Positions 58,437 through 64,000 of a DNA stretch of 64,000 nucleotides are shown one piece after another. Origin of the DNA: Candidatus Bathyarchaeota archaeon RBG_16_48_13 (GTDB lineage: Archaea > Thermoproteota > Bathyarchaeia > RBG-16-48-13); the NCBI GenBank assembly GCA_001775995.1, contig MEZH01000004.1, positions 50,313 to 114,312 of the forward strand, written 5' to 3'. Every line of letters begins with the position of its first letter. Position 1 is the stretch's first letter. The notes beneath the pieces are model-generated. The model was not told the origin of the DNA, did not search any database, and saw nothing but the letters and a program-made list of their open reading frames with translations. The translations under genes and the position numbers were made by a program.

Positions 58437-59216
58437 TTGGAGCCCTTGGAAGTTCTTCTTAGACCATTCAGGATAGCGGACCTTGATCAAGTGCACGAAA
58501 TTGAGAGGCATTCCTTCCCAAAGCCCTGGCCAAAATTCTCTTTTGTGGTCTTTCATTACAAAGAACCCGATGGCTTCCAAGTCGCGACTTCGAATGATCA
58601 GATCATAGGCTATGCGATCATGGCGACTGAAAGGGCTAGAATTGCGCCTCATGAGCGGACGGCGCACCTGGCGAATTTGGCTATTCATACAGATTTCAGA
58701 CAGAGGGGTATAGGAAGAAGACTTGTGGAGACCATGATCGCATATGCCAAGAACATGAATGCTCACGAAATCACTCTGGAGGTCAGCATTCATAACGGCG
58801 TCGCAAGGGATCTATACTGTAAATTCGGCTTCGTTGAAAGGAAGACTATTAGGGGATATTATGGGAAGAGAGAAGACGCCATTCTCATGGCCAAGAGGTG
58901 CTTAGAGAGGGAAGACAAATATTCCTCACCAAATATAGGAGTGCTTATGGCTAAGAAGGAGGATATTCGCGAAAGAGTCGAGACTGTACTCAACGAATTA
59001 ATTAGACCTAGCCTAAGGGCGGACGGGGGAGACATTCAAGTCGTAGACGTTAATGAGGATAAGGGTATCGTGAAGTTGAGACTTATGGGCCAATGCACCG
59101 GGTGCCCAATGTCCGGGAACACGTTCTATAACATGGTCGAGAAGACTCTGAAGGAGAAAATCCCGGAAGTCAAATCTGTGAGACAAGTTTCTTGGGGACA
59201 GTATCTGGAAGTGTAG
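58437..59216 (+). CDS. GNAT N-acetyltransferase (RimI-like) fused to an Nfu/NifU-C domain
   Basis: The RQRGIGRRL acetyl-CoA motif lies in residues 1-165. Residues 171-259 carry IRPSLRADGGDIQVV...GQCTGCPMS. Confidence 0.8.
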   Translation: MEPLEVLLRPFRIADLDQVHEIERHSFPKPWPKFSFVVFHYKEPDGFQVATSNDQIIGYAIMATERARIAPHERTAHLANLAIHTDFRQRGIGRRLVETMIAYAKNMNAHEITLEVSIHNGVARDLYCKFGFVERKTIRGYYGKREDAILMAKRCLEREDKYSSPNIGVLMAKKEDIRERVETVLNELIRPSLRADGGDIQVVDVNEDKGIVKLRLMGQCTGCPMSGNTFYNMVEKTLKEKIPEVKSVRQVSWGQYLEV

Positions 59217-59560
59217 TTTGAGACATTTCCAATTTTGGATCCGATTCTCTTGTTTTGTCTCGAGCGATTATGGAGAAACGTCTATAATCCCTTTCAGACT
59301 GATATGAGGCGACAAAGGGTAGAATCCATCGATCATTCGTTTTCTTGTCTATGCTGTTTCATTTCAATCGATTTTCTTTGTTACAGGCGACAAAAGCGAT
59401 GGTTTGAATAGCAGCTAATGCGGGCGTGTTCCGCACTCAAGATCTATTTCATCAATTTGATATGTCAAACAGGCCAGACTCATCATCACACACCCAATAA
59501 AGAGAAATAACAATACCGATAAAAAGGTATTTTTGTCCATTCTAAGCAGAGCGATACGAT

Positions 59561-60070
59561 GTGAGAAGCTTGGAGAAGAAACTGACAGTTCAGGCAAGGT
59601 TTGAAGGATCAGATGTTGTTACATTTGAAGGTGACGCCGATGAAGTGGCAAAAGCCTTTCTCAAATTCCTTTCCCAAGTGTACCCTTCTTTTGACCTCCT
59701 CAGAAGGCTGACTATTACGGTAGATTTGGAGGATCTTCTGAGAAATGCAGAGGGAGTCTTTGCCTTTTCAGAGAGGGGTCCAATTGTGCTCACGACCAAG
59801 TCTAGAATGTCAGATAAGGACGCAGTATTGATTCATTTGACGAGACAATACCTGGCCGAGAGATTAGGGAGAAGCCCGAGTTCTTCTATGTTGTTGGAGG
59901 AGCTTTCCACAATAGTGGGTAAGAGATCCAAGACCGTTTCTGCCCGGTTAGCTGAATTGATGTCTTCTTGGTATGTCGAGAAAATTGGTAGAGGGCAGTA
60001 TGGTATCCTTCCAGCGGGAATAAAATACGTGACCTCTGCAATATTACCGGCGTTGAAGGGAGGAAAATGA
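59561..60070 (+). CDS. Hypothetical two-domain protein, paralogue A (small N-terminal domain + C-terminal winged helix)
   Basis: 169 aa. Alignable along its whole length with the next ORF. GTG start downstream of an ATAAAAAGGTATTTTT box. Confidence 0.6.
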   Translation: MRSLEKKLTVQARFEGSDVVTFEGDADEVAKAFLKFLSQVYPSFDLLRRLTITVDLEDLLRNAEGVFAFSERGPIVLTTKSRMSDKDAVLIHLTRQYLAERLGRSPSSSMLLEELSTIVGKRSKTVSARLAELMSSWYVEKIGRGQYGILPAGIKYVTSAILPALKGGK

Positions 60071-60570
60071 GCGACAAGCCACGCCTTACCGTGAAGATAC
60101 AATATGATGGGTTCTCCGAGGATCTCTCCGGAGAATTCGATGACGTTGCCCGCCAAGCGATGAAGTTTCTCTATGATATAGCCCCAAAACTGAGCATCCT
60201 AGATAAATTGAAGCTCACCGTGGAAGACGATGAATTAATCGAAGAGTTAGGTTTGGTCATGAAGATAGCCCCTGAAGGCCCCGTATTCCTGAAGGATTTC
60301 AAAGGGATAAAGACTTCCGACGCGATAATCAGCTATCTAGTGGGAGCTAGTCTTGGTTTCAGACTTGGAATATTGTCCAAGCCTGCTCTCTCGATCGATC
60401 AACTGTCGATCTACACTGGGGCTGGAAAAGAAGTTGTTCGAGCCCGACTGAGCGAACTGAACCGCTCTTTGATGGTAGAGACAGTTGATTTAGGTGAGAA
60501 GAGGATAACCACGAGCGGGTTATTGAGATTCAAAGATCATATCTTACCTAAGCTGATAGAAGAAGACTAG
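60067..60570 (+). CDS. Hypothetical two-domain protein, paralogue B
   Basis: 167 aa. ATGA start/stop overlap with paralogue A. Shared LTV...G..D.VA...KFL...GP..L...V.ARL.EL...ILP.L pattern. Confidence 0.6.
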   Translation: MSDKPRLTVKIQYDGFSEDLSGEFDDVARQAMKFLYDIAPKLSILDKLKLTVEDDELIEELGLVMKIAPEGPVFLKDFKGIKTSDAIISYLVGASLGFRLGILSKPALSIDQLSIYTGAGKEVVRARLSELNRSLMVETVDLGEKRITTSGLLRFKDHILPKLIEED

Positions 60571-60976
60571 TTGGCGGTTTCTTCTGAATGTAGTTGTAGT
60601 GGCCCTTCATCCCTTGCCTGGTCAGCAAGCCTTCTCTCACGAGATCTACCAAAGTATGGGCTATGGCAGTTCTGTCATAGTTGTACCCCCTCCGAGACAG
60701 CTCTGTATGCACTTCTGATAGATTCCGAGCTGTGCTGAACCATCCTTCTGACCAGAATCCTTTGACTAGGTCAGACACAAACACCTTCTTGTGGGGGGTG
60801 GATTCCGGACTGGACCCCAGAGGCAGGCTACTCGGAGTGGAAGCGATTTCTTTGCTTTCCAAAGCTGAAATGAAATTCTCTACCGCTGCCTTGAGCTGAT
60901 CTGGCTGACAAGATATTTCGGCTTCTACATTGCCTATTTTGATCTTGATGTGAACAGTTCGTTGCTGCTCAGCCAA
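60548..60976 (-). CDS. Hypothetical protein, paralogue C (similar N-terminal domain + winged helix)
   Basis: 142 aa. TVHIKIKIGNVEAEISCQPDQLKAAVENFISAL resembles the A/B N-termini. The C-terminus AIAHTLVDLVREGLLTRQG is winged-helix-like. Confidence 0.55.
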   Translation of the reverse strand: MAEQQRTVHIKIKIGNVEAEISCQPDQLKAAVENFISALESKEIASTPSSLPLGSSPESTPHKKVFVSDLVKGFWSEGWFSTARNLSEVHTELSRRGYNYDRTAIAHTLVDLVREGLLTRQGMKGHYNYIQKKPPTSLLLSA

Positions 60977-61053
60977 TGATGCTTTTCTCCGACGGTGTTG
61001 AGTGAATATTCAATGATAGTGGTGCACAACGCTTATATACTTTTGACCAACCC

Positions 61054-61090
61054 TATTGATTGTTGATTGCGCAATCAATACTATTGATTG
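61054..61090. promoter_or_regulatory. Operator-like cluster of three TATTGATTG 9-mers (direct, inverted, direct) around the palindrome TTGATTGCGCAATCAA
   Basis: Copies at 61054-61062, 61072-61080 (inverted) and 61082-61090. The palindrome spans 61063-61078. The cluster lies between a TTATATA box (61033-61039) and the ATG at 61117. Confidence 0.6.
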
Positions 61091-61116
61091 TACAACGAAA
61101 ATCAAGGTTGTTGACA

Positions 61117-62202
61117 ATGCAAGTACTTGAAAACACAATGCAGTTCCACGATGAACTAATGAAACTCAGTCAAGATTCTCTGTCCGGTGTCAGAAATTGT
61201 CGGGTAGTCTCTGATAAGACCGATCCGTCAGACATGAGTGTGAGCCACGACAATGAGCCTTGGATGGAACTCAATCTGAGCCGTGAAAACGCAGCAATCA
61301 AATCAATCCCTATACAGTCTGACCCTACAGAAACTACAATTGTTGGCATCGACACAACAAACGTTGATCTGGGAGAGACGAATGAAGGCGGTTTATTCGC
61401 GCTTCGGGGGACAGTGGTGTGGGCCCAAAACCATCACTATAATCTGACGCGTTACGGTCCCTTCATAGTATTCGCGACGGAGAAGAATAAGCAGGTCCTT
61501 TACAACACTCTTGCCGCGAATTTACTGTCAATCAGGCAAACGTACAGAGCGCCAGACCGCCCTTATGTTTCAAACGCTTTTCGCGCCATTTTCGAGCGAG
61601 CTCTCCAAAGGAATGTATGCGGGAAATTCAGGAACGCCGTAATCCTTTGGGATGGGTCTCTGACCGTTTGGACGAACGATCCAACTTATTATGCGACACA
61701 ACGGATCCTAAGAGACGCGAGAGAAAACGGCAACACCGTCATGGGGCTCTCCAAGAAAACCCAGCTCTATGTAGGCGACAGATGCATCACCGATCTCATA
61801 GATGACGGATGTTCGCCCTGCATGATCCCCTTGAGCTTCGTCACCAAATCTGGTGACGAAGAGGCTGTCAGGTCGTTTGGGAGAGTCTACGTAACTAAGC
61901 TTGCTGCAGGGTCTTGCACGTTCAGGTTCGATATTGACAGGGAACTAACAGAAGAGCAGGGGTTGATAGGGGTGAGACGTCTGATAGGCAATGACCTAAT
62001 CATCGAAAACTATCCTGAAACGTTGAGACTAGCTCACATATTTTCCAGATTCACGGCAACCGAAGTTATAGGTCTTCAAAGATATGTATCGGAATACTAT
62101 TCCTTTCGTATTTCAAAAAGACCCGATGTGAGGCACATAATATTCGGTCCGTTCGGGGGGAGACAAATCATGGAGGGGCCAGCTTATGATGCGGTTGTAT
62201 AA
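61117..62202 (+). CDS. NurA-domain nuclease-like protein
   Basis: IVGIDTTN, VILWDGSL (DGS at 61651-61659), and NYPETLRLAHIFSRF motifs. The ORF track starts at the TTG at 61060, but the ATG at 61117 is more likely. Confidence 0.7.
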   Translation: MQVLENTMQFHDELMKLSQDSLSGVRNCRVVSDKTDPSDMSVSHDNEPWMELNLSRENAAIKSIPIQSDPTETTIVGIDTTNVDLGETNEGGLFALRGTVVWAQNHHYNLTRYGPFIVFATEKNKQVLYNTLAANLLSIRQTYRAPDRPYVSNAFRAIFERALQRNVCGKFRNAVILWDGSLTVWTNDPTYYATQRILRDARENGNTVMGLSKKTQLYVGDRCITDLIDDGCSPCMIPLSFVTKSGDEEAVRSFGRVYVTKLAAGSCTFRFDIDRELTEEQGLIGVRRLIGNDLIIENYPETLRLAHIFSRFTATEVIGLQRYVSEYYSFRISKRPDVRHIIFGPFGGRQIMEGPAYDAVV

Positions 62203-63628
62203 GATCGAGAACGGCACCCTCCAAATCCTTAGTTGCCCTCCTGAGGGATTGAGGAGAGGAGATTATCTGCTTGTCGAAGACGGCGGCAAGGCGCTGATAG
62301 CGCACATCATCGATGTGGCGTTCGCGAACGTTCCGGGCATCATGGAAGATCTCCTCAGAGACTTATCAGGTCTAGACATAGACGCCGAGGATGTAGACCC
62401 GCTCAATCTGAAGTCCTACCTCAATCAGGTAAGGGATGCACAGCTCTACATCTGCAAGGTAAGAGGAACACTGTCGCAAGAAGGGCTCAGCTCCGACGTT
62501 TCTTGGATTCCGTCGAGGTGCACCGCCAAGATCGCTAAGATTTCAGACGAGAAAATTCTAAAAATGGTTTCACCCGACGACTCCATGGCAATAGGACTGG
62601 GCTTCACAAGAAGTGGCGCCGAGATCGCCATCAGCGCTCACTCCATAGACGGAAAGTTGAACATAATCACCGGAAAAAAAGAGTCTGGAAAATCCAACTT
62701 CTCAAAACTCTTGATGTTAGGGCTCATAGACCATGGTGGCAAGTGTATCGTTTTTGACGTGAATGGCGAATATACGAAGCTGGGATTCAATAAAGATGGG
62801 ACCCAAAACAAATACTACGAAAAAGTGGTGGTTCTGACCCCAGGTCGCAATTTCCAGACCGCTATTTCCTATGTGGGGATTCGCGTTGTCTTGAATATCC
62901 TCAGAACTGTGTTTGATCTTCCAGAAACCTCAGCTTGGGAGTTCAGAAGGATTTGGGAGAGCCTCGACAAAAAAAGTGTCCCCACATTGCAGAGTCTAAA
63001 ACAAGCGATAGAATCTACTCAGAATGAATTCATAAAGGACGCGTTGATCAGAAGGTTCGACGGACTCATAAACTCAAGTCTATTCACTGACGACCCCAAG
63101 CTGACCACGACGCTTGAGGATCAATTCAAATCGATCCCGAAGGGCGGAACTCTGGTGATAAATCTCAGAGAATTGCCCCAAGTATACAAGAGACTGGTTG
63201 TAGAGTTCGTCCTAAGTAAGCTCACGGGTCTCTTGGAGAGATGGACGTTAAGAGGGGTCTTCCTCTTCGCAGAAGAAGCTCATTTGTATCTTAACGACAC
63301 GTATTGGGAAGACATAGTAACAAGGATGCGGCACTTGGGAATATTCACGACGTTCATAACCAATCAGCCAGACAGCATAAAACAGGCGATTTACCGGCAG
63401 GCAGACAACGCATTTCTTTTCAACTTCACCAACGAAAATGATTTGGAAACAGTTTCAAAGTCATCGAAAATAGATGTGGAAACCGTGAAGATATTGGCTC
63501 GAGAGTTGCCACCGCACCATTGCTTGATTCTCGGCAAAGCGACAAGTGACTACCCCATGGTGGTGAAGATAAAAGCTCTCAATGTGTCGACATTGGGGGA
63601 AACACGGTTCTTCTTTGGCAATAATTAG
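62186..63628 (+). CDS. HerA/DUF87-like P-loop ATPase
   Basis: HAS-barrel-like N-terminus, Walker A GKKESGKS (62672-62695), and Walker B VFLFAEEAH. 17-nt overlap with the nurA-like gene. Confidence 0.75.
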   Translation: MMRLYKIENGTLQILSCPPEGLRRGDYLLVEDGGKALIAHIIDVAFANVPGIMEDLLRDLSGLDIDAEDVDPLNLKSYLNQVRDAQLYICKVRGTLSQEGLSSDVSWIPSRCTAKIAKISDEKILKMVSPDDSMAIGLGFTRSGAEIAISAHSIDGKLNIITGKKESGKSNFSKLLMLGLIDHGGKCIVFDVNGEYTKLGFNKDGTQNKYYEKVVVLTPGRNFQTAISYVGIRVVLNILRTVFDLPETSAWEFRRIWESLDKKSVPTLQSLKQAIESTQNEFIKDALIRRFDGLINSSLFTDDPKLTTTLEDQFKSIPKGGTLVINLRELPQVYKRLVVEFVLSKLTGLLERWTLRGVFLFAEEAHLYLNDTYWEDIVTRMRHLGIFTTFITNQPDSIKQAIYRQADNAFLFNFTNENDLETVSKSSKIDVETVKILARELPPHHCLILGKATSDYPMVVKIKALNVSTLGETRFFFGNN

Positions 63629-63849
63629 ACGTCTTCGAAACGACGCAAAAACGAATATTCCACAGGCCCTCTGACCCGCCTTTCATAAGATCGAAAATGA
63701 GGTAATTCACCCGCACATATGAATTTTCTCAGTGATTCCTTTACATTTCTTCTTTGGCAGATAGCGCGCTGAAAATCAGCCTAAGTTTTCCCTCAGCAAG
63801 TAGGGATTTAAGCGCGCAACGTCTTTAATTTGCAGTCGGTTGTACTAAC

Positions 63850-64000
63850 TTGAATGGGATTGTGATCACACCACTCGCCTTCGAAAGCCTTGGCGTTAGA
63901 TCGATGTGCACATTTATTGAAACCCCAGATGTGAAACTCCTAATTGATCCCGGCGTATCTCTGGGTCCTCGCTTCGGTCTCATGCCCCATCCTTCAGAGT
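63850..64000 (+). CDS. MBL-fold hydrolase-like protein, 5' fragment (runs off the window)
   Basis: The open frame reads [50 protein letters not shown]. Start is the TTG at 63850 or the GTG at 63862. Confidence 0.45.
   Translation, partial: MNGIVITPLAFESLGVRSMCTFIETPDVKLLIDPGVSLGPRFGLMPHPSE

Noticed and set aside
59415-59597. 60-aa minus-strand ORF with a hydrophobic stretch
   Set aside because: Its start lies inside paralogue A. It has no RBS or context support and is likely a chance ORF in an AT-rich leader.
1-64000. CRISPR arrays, rRNA genes, transposases and integrases
   Set aside because: No regularly spaced repeats, no rRNA-like stretches and no recombinase motifs were seen anywhere in the window.

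Overview
Archaeal chromosomal segment (about 46% GC, about 72 genes, dense coding on both strands). The lineage looks euryarchaeal or Thermoplasmatota-like, judging from the gene content: TFB, Gar1, SRP19, S8e, RFC small and large subunits, Orc1/Cdc6, archaeal CCA-adding enzyme, Trm1, Trm11, PdaD and SMC-ScpAB. Most genes are housekeeping: information processing, tRNA maturation, an ABC transporter, H+-PPase, ADP-forming acetyl-CoA synthetase and Fe-S assembly. No rRNA gene, CRISPR array, transposase or integrase was seen. Three regions stand out. (1) A 12-gene cluster at 17.5-27.9 kb looks like complex I, but its NuoD homologue keeps both Ni-Fe cysteine pairs and a cleavable C-terminal tail, and a HycI-type protease gene follows it. 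It is therefore a group-4 membrane-bound [NiFe]-hydrogenase with an almost complete complex-I membrane arm. (2) A terminal island at 59.5-63.6 kb has three paralogous small winged-helix proteins, a repeat-rich operator, and a translationally coupled NurA-like nuclease and HerA-like ATPase with no Mre11/Rad50. This is the best candidate for an undescribed system. (3) A 115-nt tRNA gene carries a roughly 40-nt insertion that I could not resolve as a single canonical intron. Smaller oddities are conserved N-termini lying upstream of any ATG/GTG/TTG (SMC, UPF0201), a GNAT-Nfu fusion, a NikR-fold regulator without nickel ligands, a split nuoJ and an Orc1/Cdc6 with no adjacent origin. All calls rest on motif recognition by eye; no searches were run.
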